A DNA stretch of 64,000 nt from Eledone cirrhosa (taxonomy: Eukaryota): contig OZ024759.1 of NCBI GenBank assembly GCA_964016885.1, positions 8,184,001-8,248,000 on the forward strand, given 5' to 3'. A model generated the notes under the pieces. The model did no database searches. It saw nothing but the letters and a program-made list of their open reading frames with translations, and was not told the origin of the DNA. The translations under genes were made by a program, and so were the position numbers. Shown here piece by piece: positions 1 to 12,188 of this stretch (positions within the stretch are counted from its first letter, which is position 1; every line of letters begins with the position of its first letter).

Positions 1-510
1 GCTACACCAAGAGGATTGCCAAGATGAAGGAGATAAGCTACTGGGAGAGGCTAAAGGAACTGAACCTCTACTCCTTGGAACGAAGACTGGAGAGATACGC
101 AGTGATCTACATGTGGAAAATCCTGGAGGGACTAGCACCAAACTTTGGCATTGGGAGCTGGACCAACCCCCAAACAGGACGTCACTATGTGGTGTCTTCC
201 ACATCTAGAATAAGGAGCAGGTATTGCAATAGCCTGGGGTTCAAAGGCACTCAACTCTTCAACAAGCTGCCGAGGGATCTGAGAGATCTGCATGGTGTGG
301 AGGTGGATGTTTTCAAGAAACATCTCGACACCTTGTTATCCAGGATCCCAGATGAGCCCACAGCAAGGCACAAAGGTAACCGAAGAGCAGCAGCAACAAA
401 CTCCCTCTTGCACCAGTGGCCACCGAACACAGGCTGGGGATACAACATGTAGCAACAAGGGCGGTGCCCCAGAATGGCCTCAGCCGGGTGGGTGGAACAG
501 GTAAAGAGTA
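1..510 (+). mobile_element. 3' end of a CR1/L2-group LINE (ORF2 C-terminus), cut by the window edge
   Basis: ORF 24..452 reads Y.ERL..L.LYSLERR.ERY..IY.WKI...G..LFN.LP..LR...FKK.LD..L..IPDEP, a typical CR1/L2-group ORF2 tail. A related fragment lies near 37955-38050. Confidence 0.75.
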
Positions 511-654
511 ATACATATATATACATATATGTATATATATATTTGTATATATATATATGTATATATACATACATATATGTATATATACATACATATATGT
601 ATATATATATGTATTTATATATATATAATGTGTGTATATATACATACATATATG

Positions 655-1866
655 TAAGGTATAGAAAAATTCTTAATAGGAACAATATAAAAATATCCTT
701 CTCTACTACTCCTAACCTAGCAGACATCATAGGAATAACGAACCACAGTAAGATCACCAAGACACAGCACCTCGACACAGACGCACCTACACCTGACAAT
801 AACTATATCAGCCTTAACAACTCCCTAGCAGCATCCAATAGTGTTGGCAACGGCATCCGCAGACGCAACCAGCATAACCGCGAAATGACTGGGGAACATG
901 CAGAACATGACGTGCGGAATAACAATCGCACCATCCCGCGTGCTGTAGGTTGTAATTGTGCTAACGACAGCTGCGGTAGCGTAGGTAACAACGTAGGCAG
1001 CAACAATGATAGCCTTACCGTGAGAAATAGACGGAACCGCGACAGAAATTGCAACTGCCGCGACAGAGGACGCTGCCCCCTTAGAGGATACTGCTTGACT
1101 GATAGGGTTATATATAGATGCACTATTACTAGCCACAATAGCGTTAAACATTATATAGGGGCTACCTCCGGCCCGTTCAAAATTAGGTTTCGAACACATC
1201 TCCACTCTTTCACAAATAGAAAACTAAGGCACCCCACTTCGCTCGCGGACTACATCACATCACTAAAGGACTTAAACATCAGCTTCTCCACGCACTGGGA
1301 GATTATCGGCAGGGCTGCACCGTACAACTTCAAGAGGAAATGCGATCTTTGCCTCATGGAGCTCTACCACATCATAACTGCCCCCCACGAGCTCATTAAC
1401 AGCAGAGCTGAAACAGCGATAAGTTGTACACATCGCTTAAAAATATCCTTCTTCAGATGGGTTAAGGATGAGGAGTGAAACCGTACACCGGATCTCCCTG
1501 CAACAAGTCTTAACACCCCGGCGGGCAGGTGCTGCAAAATAACACCCAGGAAACTATCCTTGCATACCAGACCCAGCCTCAGACAAACAGATGCGGCAAA
1601 AAAAAAAAAAAAAAATTGGCCGGGAAAAACTGCCCTAACACCGGCCAGAGTTACCTCCCTTGACCTGCTGCAAAATCAAAACAAGATATTTTTGCGAGCA
1701 ATGAACCTTGATGTGGATTTAACCCCAAAAACTCTTTCCGAGCAATATAAGGAACACTTGTGATTATTTATGCCCTTGAGAAGCCCAACTGGGCGAAACG
1801 TACGTAGGTGCTGTTTTAAATAAACATGTTTTAACGGTCTATTCTCCGATTTTTTACTTTCCCATA
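655..1866 (+). mobile_element. 5'-truncated Penelope-like element: C-terminal GIY-YIG endonuclease plus 3' pseudo-LTR, inserted in (TA)n
   Basis: The frame is open from about 655 to 1478 and reads [57 protein letters not shown]. The N-terminal YIYI part of the called ORF is microsatellite. (TA)n flanks both sides and a hammerhead-like motif lies at 1771-1810. Confidence 0.85.
1771..1810 (+). ncRNA. Minimal type I hammerhead-like motif (U3-A8 core variant) in the Penelope pLTR
   Basis: tgccc TTGAGAA gccc-aact-gggc GAAA cgtacg (palindromic stem III) TA ggtg. Stem I is weak. Confidence 0.6.
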
Positions 1867-1888
1867 TGTATTTATATATATATATATG

Positions 1889-1965
<77 letters not shown>

Positions 1966-1967
<2 letters not shown>

Positions 1968-2943
1968 CGAAGGAAATGTGGTAAGGAACCAGGTGGACCA
2001 TAACGCACCAAAGTACTTAATACTTAGAGTAGTAGAGTGGGTAATAGGAACGAGTAGGACCCCGACGGCTGAGCTCAAGCCGTTTCGACGGCTAATTCTG
2101 GACTAAATGAACATTTTTATCCTGGTATATGAATAGCCGAGCTTCTCAGGGGGTAATTCCATATATGGTAAAAGTGATTGTCACAAGGATTGGTCAAAAG
2201 TTTGTTGTTGAGACACGTAATTCTATCATGGCAATTTGTGGAAGGAAGGTGTAGCTGAACCTGCCAGTAGAAGAAAGAGGGAGGCGGGGTGGAGGAAACC
2301 CAGTTGTGCATTGATAGTGCCAACAACAGCAGGGCAGGAGGTCAAGGAAGTATACTAGGGAGGGGGAGGAAGTCGAAACAATAAGTAAAACAATATGGGG
2401 TAAATATATAGAGGAATACGGAGAATGTTAAAAAAACAATTAAATATAGAAAAAAACAATTTCTGGTTACTATAACCTAAGGACAGCTATCACTCTCTAG
2501 CTGTCCTTAGGTTATAGTAACCAGAAATTGTTTTTTTCTATATTTAATTGTTTTTTTAACATTCTCCGTATTCCTCTATATATTTACCCCATATTGTTTT
2601 ACTTATTGTTTCGACTTCCTACCGCTCCCCCTCCCTAGTATAGGTGCTTGACCTCCTGCCCTGCTGTAGTTGGCACTATCAACGCACGACTGGGTTTCCT
2701 CCACCCCCCTCCCTCTTTCTTCTACTGGCAGGTTCAGCTACCCCTTCCTTCCACAAATTGCCATGATAGAATTACATGTCTCAACAACAAACTTTTGACC
2801 AATCCTTGTGACAATCACTTTTACCATATATGGAATTACCCCCTGAGAAGCTCGGCTATTCATATACCAGGATAAAAATGTTCATTTAGTCCAGAATTAG
2901 CCGTCGAAACGGCTTGAACTCAGCCGTCGGGGTCCTACTCGTT

Positions 2944-2948
<5 letters not shown>
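1966..2948. mobile_element. Fold-back element family A: 78-nt tail plus about 450-bp near-perfect inverted repeat, flanked by (TA)n
   Basis: Arm 2044-2489 is the reverse complement of arm 2498-2948, with an 8-nt loop (tcactctc). Tail is 1966-2043. Shorter copies lie at 8436-8544 and 48117-48303. Confidence 0.9.
2838..2933 (+). ncRNA. Type I hammerhead-like motif, atypical core CUGAGAA (mirror copy at 2059-2154 on minus)
   Basis: acccc CTGAGAA g..cggcta[long loop]tagccgtc GAAA cggct-tgaactc-agccg TC ggggt. Confidence 0.7.
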
Positions 2949-3002
<54 letters not shown>

Positions 3003-3207
3003 CATACATATATATATTTCAAGGCTACCATAATATAAATATGGTACCATAAATATAGTTTCCATTTATTTAATATCATTGAATATTTACTCGAGAAAGC
3101 TGTTGAGTGCTCTAAATCAGTTATAAACATTTATATTTGTTGGACTTCCAACAAATTAAATACCCCTTCTACTTATACATATATATATATGTATTTATAT
3201 ATATATA

Positions 3208-6005
3208 GGTATACCACTATTGGCCGCTAAAGGTTTCTCACTAAAAATGAAAGGCAGGCTGTATGATGCCTGCATACGAACAGCAATGTTACATGGCAGT
3301 GAGTGAGACCTGGGCATTGTGTGCAGAGGATATACGCAGACTGGAGAGGAACGAAGCTTGCATGCTCCGCTGGATGTGTAATAGTAAGGGAGAAATAGAC
3401 TGATAATTAGCGACCTCATAGTCAGGACGAGACGTACTCGACAGCAGAAGAGGACTATCCCCAGGAGAAAAATATGGAAGCTAAAGGACCCCACAGCCAG
3501 AAATAAATTTAAAAGCATATTACTTGATGCTTTCGACAGTAAGGAAGAGCATTTAGAGTCGTACAATATAGAGGGACAGTGGGAATTCCTGAAAGCAAAC
3601 CTGCTGATGGCGGCAGACGAAGTCTGTGGCTGGAGCAGGCTGTAGGCTTGGAAAGTATGGCGGGATGGGGGAAGTAGAGAAGACTATCAAGTGGCCAGGA
3701 GGGAAGCTAGGAGACAAGTATACTTCGCAAGAAGGGAAGCAGAGGAAAGAAAGTTCAAGCATGGACCAAAAACGTGAGGTGTTCAGGATTGCTAGGCAAT
3801 GTGTCAAGGAAAACCGTGATATTGTCGGGGAGAAGTGTGTCCTTAATGATGATGGTGTACTTGCCATCACTGACGCTGATAAGAAGGTAGCTTGGAAGTG
3901 TCTCTACGAAAGGCTACTAAATGAGGAGAATAAATGGGAGAAAGACAGTCTCCCCCACATCGACCCAATAGAGGGACCAGCAGTGTTTGTCGAAGGTAGT
4001 ATAATAAGTAAGGCAATCAAAGACATGAAGACGGGTAAGGCGGCTGGGCCTTTGGAAATAGTTGCTGAAATGCTGAAAGCTTCTGGAACGGTGGGACACA
4101 CCATGGTCACTCGGATAGTAAACCAAGTCATACAGAATGGGGTTGTTCCGAAGGACTGGCGTAGCAGCATCATCATTAACTGCTACAAGGGTAAAGGAGA
4201 TGCCATAGATAGGAGTAACTATAGAGGCATTAAATTAATCGACCAGTTATGAAGGTCACAGTAAAAGTAATAGCGCAACTAATCAGAGAGAGAATTGATC
4301 TAGATGAAATGCAGTTCGGGTTTGTGTCAGGTAAAAGTACCACAGACGCTCTTTTCATTGTACGACAACTACAGGAGAAATACCTAGCTAAAAGTAAACC
4401 CCTATACTTAGCTTTTGTTGACTTGGAGAAAGCCTTCGACAGAATCCCCCGTTCCATTATCTGGTGGGCTCTTAGAAAACTAGGTGTTGATGAATGTCTT
4501 GTGAGAGCTATACAAGCTATGTATAAAGAAACAGTCAGCAAGGTTAGAATTAAAAACGAATATAGTGAAGAGTTTAGCGTAAACGTTGGTGCTCCGTGCT
4601 TAGCCCCCTACTATTTATTATTGCCCTTCAGGCTATAACAGTGGAGTTCAAGACCGGCTGCCCATGGGAACTCCCATACGCAGATGATCTAACGCTCATA
4701 GCTGAATCAATGGCCGAACTAGAGAAGAAATTTCAAACATGGAAGCATGGCCTAGAATCAAAAGGCTTTAAAATGAACCTGTCTAAGACTAAAGTTCTAG
4801 TTTGTAGGAAGGAAAATAGGGCGCCGGTCCCATCCGGGAAATGGCCATGCTCAGTGTGTAGGAAAGGAGTAGGTAGAAACTCCATTTTATGTCCCAAATG
4901 CAAAGTATGGGTGCATAAAAGATGTAGTGGGATCACAGGTAAGCTAACTAAGAACATAGATTTTATATGTGGCTGGTGCTCTGGTGCAATAAGTAGCAGC
5001 AAGTGCCCACAGAATACTAGCTCATTCCATTGCACAGATGGTTCTATAGAAATAGTGGACAGCTTCCGTTACCTGGGTGACAAAATCAGCAGTGGGAGAG
5101 GGTGCTCTGAAAGTACAGTAGCTAGATTCAGAACTGGATGGAAAAAGTTCAGATAGCTTATACCACTATTGGCCACTAAAGACTTCTCCCTAAAAATGAA
5201 AAGCAGGCTGTATGATGCCTGCATACGAACAGCAATGTTGCATGGCAGTGAGACCTGGGCATTGTGTGCAGAGGATATATGCAGACTGGAGAGGAACGAA
5301 GTTTGCATGCTCCGCTGGATGTGTAATAGTAATATACGCGAACGGCAAAGCATAAACGAACTAAGGGAAAAATTAGAAATAAGAGGGATCAGATGTTGTT
5401 TACTCGAGAGAAGACTACGTTGGTATGGTCACGTGATGCGCATGAAAGACGACAGCTGTATAAAAAAGTGCAGGGCAATAAAAATAGACGGTAGCCACGG
5501 AGTAGGCAGACCCAGAAAAACCTGGGACGACTTGATAAATTCCGACCTCACACACTTACACCTCTCCAAGACAATGTCACTGGACCGAGATCTTTGGCGC
5601 TACACAGTAATAGAGATAACCCGCCTTACCTAAGTACAAAGTGAAACCTACTACTGTCAGTAGGCACCTCTAACAAAATACACCCCCGTCCCACTACCTC
5701 CACCCCATCCACACCGCCCCTTTCAATGTAAAGTTATGTTGGTACCACAACACCCAGTCCGAAACAAATGAGGTCGTGTAGGTGTCACAACAAAAAAACA
5801 CACACAGTCCACGGTGTAATGTGGCCGTGTAGGTAACACGGTAAAAACCTCCCAGTTCCACACTGTAAATGTGGTTGGTGTTAGGAAGGGCATCCAGCCG
5901 TAGAAAACCCGCCAGACAGTCCTATACGAGCAAGACAACCACTCTTGCCTCAAGTGGGACAACTCCCGTCCAAACCCATGCAAGCGTGGAAGATGGACGT
6001 TAAAC
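3208..6005 (+). mobile_element. Degraded RTE-clade LINE (RT with Cys/His finger insertion, 3' UTR)
   Basis: Frameshifted ORFs 3626-5633 carry KAAGP, YKGKGD..NYRGIKL, QFGF..GKSTTDA, FVDLEKAFD, YADDL, C..C..C..C..H..C, FRYLG, RRLRWYGHVMR and GRPRKTW. The 3' UTR has aggaagggcatccagc. Confidence 0.9.
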
Positions 6006-6081
6006 AAGACCACAAATTTCACAAGGAAGATATTATTAAAAGATTGTCAACATAATTTTAGTTTAATGTAAGGAATGTAGA

Positions 6082-6123
<42 letters not shown>

Positions 6124-6127
<4 letters not shown>

Positions 6128-6232
6128 TGTTTCTACTTTAGGCACAAGGCCAGCAATTATCCAGTGCATTACTGGTACTTTATTTTATCGACCCCATAAG
6201 GATGAAAGGCAAAGTCAACCTCGGTGGGATTT
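6124..6232 (-). mobile_element. Partial tRNA-derived SINE (family S1, Nin/Deu-like body)
   Basis: Reverse complement of actttgcctttcatcctta..ggggtcgataaaataaagtaccagtaatgcactgg..tagaaacaatta, a motif repeated more than 15 times in the window. Confidence 0.8.
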
Positions 6233-6249
6233 GATAATAATAATAATAT

Positions 6250-8050
6250 TGATAAGATGGTAATGAGGAATTGCAAGAGGAGACACACTGGTCTTGCCAT
6301 GGGATGGATAGACTACAAAAAGGCATTTGACATGGTGCCTCATTCTTGAATAACCAAAAGCCTAGAGATCTTCAAGGTGGCAGATAACATCAGACAGTTG
6401 TTGGGTAAAAGTATGAAGTCCTGGAAAACAGAGTTAACATCAGCTGGAGAATCCTTGGGAAGCGTGAAGATCAAGAGAGGTATCTTCCAGGGAGATAGTC
6501 TGTCCCTTCTGTTGTTTGTCCTTGCCCTGATGCCCCTGACCATTATACTGCGAAAAGTGAGAGCAGGATACAAGTTGGGAAAAGAAGAGCTTACCATCAA
6601 TCACCTCCTCTTCATGGACGATCTTAAGTTCTTCGGGATTTAAGCTGTCCGTATTTTCAGCAATGATATATGTATGGAATTTGGTATTAATAAGTGTGGA
6701 GTCCTAGTGATGAAGAAGGGTAAATTGAGCAGAAGCAACGGAATCCAGGTACCAACAGGTGAGATGATAAAGGAAATTGACACTGAAGAAGGATACAAGT
6801 ATTTGGGTATTCTGGAGGCTGATGACACCAAGAACAAAAAAATGAAGGAATTGATAAGATCTGAATACATTCGGAGAGTAAGGAGCGTATTAAAGTCACA
6901 TCTGAACAGTAGGAATGCCATAAGTGCAGTAAATTCCCGAGCTGTGTCTATTATTAGGTACAGTGCGGGAATTCTGAGATGGAATGTTGCTGAACAAAAA
7001 GAAATGGATAGGAAGACTAGGAAGCTATTGACTATCTACAGCATGTTCCACAAGAGAAGTGATGTCGATAGACTCTACTTAAGGAGATCTGAAGGTGGAA
7101 GAGGTCTTATCAGCATAGAGGACTGTGTTCAGATGGAGAAAAACAACCTACACAAATACGTGACTGATAGTAAGGAGCCAATGCTCAGAACTGTACTGAA
7201 GGAGAGGACAATAGACCAGGGATGTCCAAGGAGGAAATAACAACAAGGAGAAAGAGCAGCCTTCATGAAAAATCCCTTCATAGTACCTTCTTTGAGAAAA
7301 CTGAATTCAGAGATCCACAGACATGGAACTGGTTGAAAAGGGGAGACCTTAAAAAGGCTACAGAAGGAATGTTAATGGCTGCGCAAGAGCAGGCCCTCAA
7401 AACGAAGTGGTTGAAACACCATATTTACAAGGAGGAGGCTAGCCTACTATGCAGGATCTGTGTAAACACCTAGCCCAGACTCACTATAAGGGCTGGAGAC
7501 ATGATGTGATGGGCAGGTTGATCCACTGGCACCTATGCAAAGTAAACAATTTACCACATTCTGAGAAGTGGTATGAGCATAAGCCAGAGTCGGTGATAGA
7601 AAACGACCAGGTGAAGGTGCTGTGGGATTTTAGGATACAGACGGACAAGAAACTGGAACACAATAGACCTGACCTAGTGGTTGTGGACAAAGAAAAAAGA
7701 TCGTGCCTGATTGTGGATGTGGCCTGTCCATTCGACACGAGAGTGCAAGAGAAGGAGAGGGAGAAAATTAACCGATACCAGGACTTAAAGTGGGCGGTAA
7801 AAAGGATTTGGAACTGCCATGAAGTCAAAGTGGTCCCGATTGTCATAGGCGCACTAGAGACTATCTCAAAAAGTTTCCAGGGATGGTTAAAGAAAATTAG
7901 CCCCGCCACGCTTCAAAAGGCATGCTTTGCTGGGAACAGCAAGAACCCTCCGATACGACCTGAATATCTGAGGCTGCAGGTAGTGGTTTGATATTCATTT
8001 CAACAAACTTTCCAGTTAACTAACATCAATGACTGAGACTCAAAGAACAA
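6250..8050 (+). mobile_element. 5'-truncated R4/Dong-like non-LTR retrotransposon (RT plus restriction-like endonuclease), degraded
   Basis: RT motifs WIDYKKAFD, RGIFQGDSLS, HLLFMDDLK, YKYLG and GGRGL are followed by CRIC, RHD, LWDFRIQTD..RPDLVVVD..DVACP..EKINRY. (TAA)n flanks the element. Confidence 0.88.
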
Positions 8051-8233
8051 TAATTGTTTCTACTTTTGGCACAAGGCCAGCAATTACCCAGTGCATTACT
8101 GGTACTTTATTTTATCGACCCCGTAAGGATGAAAGGCAAAGTGAACCTCGGCGGGATTTGAACTCAGATCGTAAAGGGACGTAACTATGCTGGAAAGCAT
8201 AGCGTCCGACTCTCCACCGATACTGCCAATCCA
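8051..8233 (-). mobile_element. Full-length SINE S1 with a target-site duplication
   Basis: The head has A/B-box-like tggcagtatcgg and gagttcaaatcc. TSD actcaaagaacaataat occurs at about 8038-8054 and 8233-8249. Confidence 0.85.
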
Positions 8234-8435
8234 CTCAAAGAACAATAATAATAATAATAATATTAATAATGTCCGTTTAGAATTGTTTCGCTGCTCCATA
8301 TAATGTTGATCCTCTCCTATCTCCATCTCTCTCTTTAAGATTGGTTACTCTTGAACTGTGTATATATATATATATATGTGTGTGAATATATATATATGTG
8401 TGTGTGTATATAAATATATATATATATATATATAT

Positions 8436-8544
8436 AACGAAGGAAATGTGGTAAGGAACCAGGTGGACCATAACGCACCAAAGTACTCAATACTTAGGGT
8501 AGTAGAGTGGGTAATAGGAATGAGTAGGACCTACTCATTCCTAT
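8436..8544. mobile_element. Minimal copy of fold-back family A (tail plus 15-bp hairpin)
   Basis: Same tail as 1966-2043, then ataggaatgagtagg-a-cctactcattcctat, then (TA)n. Confidence 0.85.
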
Positions 8545-8569
8545 ATATATATATATATATATATTAGAG

Positions 8570-8766
8570 CAAATACAGATTAGAGCAAACATCACGGGCG
8601 CTCTATCTCGAAATTATTTTTGAAAAGCATTAGAAATGCGCAACCGGTGAAAACTTAAAACCAAAACTGAATACTAACCAATACTTATTACTAATTTTTA
8701 CTTATTCCTAATTAAACTATTTTTTCACTGGGAACAATTTGTCAGCATTTTCTTTTCCTTTTACCA
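8570..8766 (+). repeat. Dispersed repeat family G (inverted copy at 11160-11360)
   Basis: Diverged reverse-complement match, including tgaaaagcat..aaatgcgcaaccggt and aatttgtcagcattttct. Confidence 0.7.
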
Positions 8767-8904
8767 ATATATATATAGAGGTTATCTCCCTTGCTGGGTA
8801 CCATGTGCGTTTTTGGCTACAGGTCTCCTCTTTATTGTCGGACGAAATCCCGTTGAGAAAGCTCTTCCGCGTCCACCCCTTCTCTAGAAGTCTTATATAT
8901 CTTT

Positions 8905-9219
8905 TATGTGGGCTGATAGTGATTGGATTAAGGAATTGCAGAAACCCAAGAAGCTAGATTTAACACCCTTCTAGCGGGTCCGGGTGAGTTTTTTACATTC
9001 ATTTAATTTATTGATTTATTGATATTTTATTTGAGTGACCCGAATCTTCCTGGTCGTTCTTTTTCGGCTGCACGGGTGATTTTAGGCATGACCTCTATGT
9101 GTTGGTAATTTAACGATGGTTATAGCTCTGATTTATCCAAATTATTGAGCCCTCTGCCACACATGTCGGATATTGTTTATCGTGATTTCCTAAGCTGATT
9201 TTCCGATTCTCGATTATTC

Positions 9220-9222
<3 letters not shown>
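8905..9222 (+). repeat. Dispersed repeat ending in (TA)n (inverted copy at 13367-13683)
   Basis: Shared blocks gaaacccaagaagctagattta, ctagcgggtccgggt and ctcgattattctac(ta)n. Confidence 0.7.
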
Positions 9223-9263
<41 letters not shown>

Positions 9264-9667
9264 GGGATAACAAGTTATCGTTATAGGTAATCCAGTTAGA
9301 GGTTGTGAGTACTATGGATAGTTTTAAAGTACGGCGTTGTTTGACTCAACAAGACGTTTCCTTAGTTAGGTGGCGAGTTTAAGAGAATTCCCATACAGGT
9401 TATTCTTGGAGTAATAGTAGTGAAAGAGTGAAGAATAACATGGTCGGCTGTACAAAAAGGGTTTATTTACAGTACTAACAATTGTTAATGGGAGACAAAC
9501 TCAAGATTGGACAGTTAATTTTCCAAAGCGATCGCGCCAAAAATAGATTCAAAAATGGCTAAGAATCGTGACGTGCAGTGGTCAAGTAAGAAAGAATGTG
9601 ATTAGTTGCTTATGGCGGGTAGGCTGGTTGCTAGAAAGCGCTAGAAAGCGCAACCCAATATCGCCCA

Positions 9668-9705
<38 letters not shown>

Positions 9706-10271
9706 TATATTTATATATATATATACATATATATACATATATGTATGTATATATATACATATATGTATGTATGTATATATACATATATGTATATATATAT
9801 ACATATATGTATATATATATACATATATGTATATATATATATATGTATATATATACATAGAAACGATCGTAAAGCAGTGAAGTATATCTCTAATGACTTG
9901 ATTTTTTATTTCATTGTTTTAACTTATATCATGACTCTGTTTTCCTTTTAATGTTTTATTGTTTTCCGAGATTTATCTTAACCTACAACATTTTCAACAT
10001 ATGGATTACATTGAGTTCTTCATGCAGAATAGACCCCACAACTTACTGTGGATACCTCTGTGTATATACATATATGTATGTATATATATATATATATACA
10101 TATATGTACATACATATATGTATATATGTATATATACATACATATATGTATATATGTACATATATATATATACATATATCCATACATACATATATGTATA
10201 TATGTACATATATATATATACATATATCCATACATACATATATGTATATATGTATATATATATATATATAT

Positions 10272-10622
10272 CATCATCATCATCATCATCATGTCATTTT
10301 ACGTCCGCTTTTTCCCTGCTTGCAAGGGTGGGATGGGAACTGATTCTGGCTTGATTTCTACAGCTGGATGCCCTTCCTAACACCAACCTCATTTACAGTG
10401 AGTGCTGGGTGCTTTTTTTTTGCCGTGGCACCTCCACGACCACTTTGCAGTGGAATGATAGGGACCCCAGTCCCTATCATCTCATTTCTACAGCTGAGTA
10501 AACTGGAGCAATGTGAAATAAAGTGTCTTGCTCAAGGAAACAACACATCACCCGGTCTGAGAATTGAACTCACAACCTTTCGATTTCAAGGCCAATGCTC
10601 TAATCACTAAGCCATGTGCCTC
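10272..10622 (-). mobile_element. tRNA-head, CORE-like SINE with an RTE-derived 3' tail ending in (GAT)n (family S2)
   Basis: Head ggcacatggcttagtg..gtgagttcaattc, CORE-like tccttgagcaagacacttt, and a tail matching the RTE 3' UTR at 15550-15700. Confidence 0.85.
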
Positions 10623-10639
10623 CATATATATATATATCG

Positions 10640-10869
10640 ACAGTCGATCGACTTTTTTTCAAATCGGACCGAGGAAACGATGTTTCCATTGATCTTTCTA
10701 ATTGCTAATACTATCTATCGGTCACAACTCTAGGTAGAAGGAGCAACGTGAAATAAAGTGTCTTGCTCAAGGACATAACGCATCGCCTGGTCTGGGATTC
10801 GAACTCACAACCTCACAATTGCGAATCCAATTCTCTAACCACTCAGCCACGCGCCTCTCTCTCTCTCTC

Positions 10870-10923
<54 letters not shown>

Positions 10924-11137
10924 GCGTGTGGCTGAGTGGTTAGAGAATTGGATTCGCAATCGTAAGGTTGTGAGTTCGATTCCTGGACCAGGTGATGCGT
11001 TATGTCCTTGAGCAAGACACTTTATTTCACGTTGCTCCTTCTACCTGGAGTTGCGACCGATAGAGAGTACTAGCAATTGGAAAGACCAACGGAAACATTG
11101 TTCCCTCGGTCCGATTTGACGAAAGTCGATCGTTCCC
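10640..11137. mobile_element. Two head-to-head copies of CORE-like SINE family S3 (10640-10855 minus, 10924-11137 plus)
   Basis: A box tggctgagtgg, B box gagttcgattcc, the CORE-like block and a distinct tail gaaagtcgatcg. The copies are separated by (CT)n(TA)n. Confidence 0.85.
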
Positions 11138-11378
11138 TATATATATATACATTTTTTTTTGGTAAACGGAATAGAAAATGCTGACAATTTGTTCACAGTT
11201 GAAAAATGGTTTAAATAGGAATAACAGAGTATTAGTGATTGTATGGGTTAGTATTCAGTTGTGGTTTTAAGTTTTTAAGTTTTTACCGGTTGCGCATTTC
11301 TAAATGCTTTTCAAAAATAATTTTGAGATAGAGTGTCCGTGCTGTTTGCTCTGATCTGATTAGTTTTGGGAATTCTAC

Positions 11379-11628
11379 CTGTTTTTATGTTAAAAAAAGT
11401 GGCTCCAGCGCTACTTTGGTGTTGCAAAAATTCTTGTGGTCAAAACAGTTTTGATTGGTCGGTAGAGGTCATGTGAATGTAAAAAATTGATTTTGCGCCA
11501 AGACTGTTTTTATGTTAAAAAAATGGCTCCAGCGCTACTTTGGTGTTTGCAAAAATTCTTGTGGTCAAAACAATTTTGATTGGTCGGTAGAGGTCATGTG
11601 AATAAAAAATTGATTTTGCGCCAAGACT
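11379..11628. repeat. Tandem duplication of an approximately 124-bp unit
   Basis: ctgtttttatgttaaaaaa..tggctccagcgctac..ttttgcgccaaga occurs twice in a row. Confidence 0.85.
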
Positions 11629-11651
11629 GAGAAATGACTCCTTCACAACAA

Positions 11652-11691
<40 letters not shown>

Positions 11692-11760
11692 TAGTAGTAG
11701 TAAGGTGTTCGATGTTGTGATAATGGTTAGCAGGGATGTGTGTCAAATGGCTATTAAGAT

Positions 11761-11821
<61 letters not shown>

Positions 11822-11993
11822 GCAGAGTAATTCGTGGTAGCAGGGATGGTCAGTAGGAATGTGTCTGTAAGGGGTATTTTAGCATGTCAAAAGATATTTT
11901 TCAGCTTTTGTCTTATACGGAGAAGTGCGTGTGTGTGTGTGTGTATAAGTCTCTTTGTATGTTAATGTACGCGTGTGTATGTGTGTGTGTGTG

Positions 11994-12036
<43 letters not shown>

Positions 12037-12152
12037 ACCAGTAATTTTTTCCCCTTGGTAAAATGGTGTACATTATTCGATTTTTTCAGTAAAATCGGTT
12101 CTCTTAATGCTCTATGCACATGCTCTATAGTGCAACACAAAAAATATATGTG

Positions 12153-12184
<32 letters not shown>

Positions 12185-12188
12185 GTGA

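Noticed and set aside
10924-10996. tRNA gene
   Set aside because: A and B boxes are present but there is no proper cloverleaf, and the sequence continues into a SINE body found in several copies.
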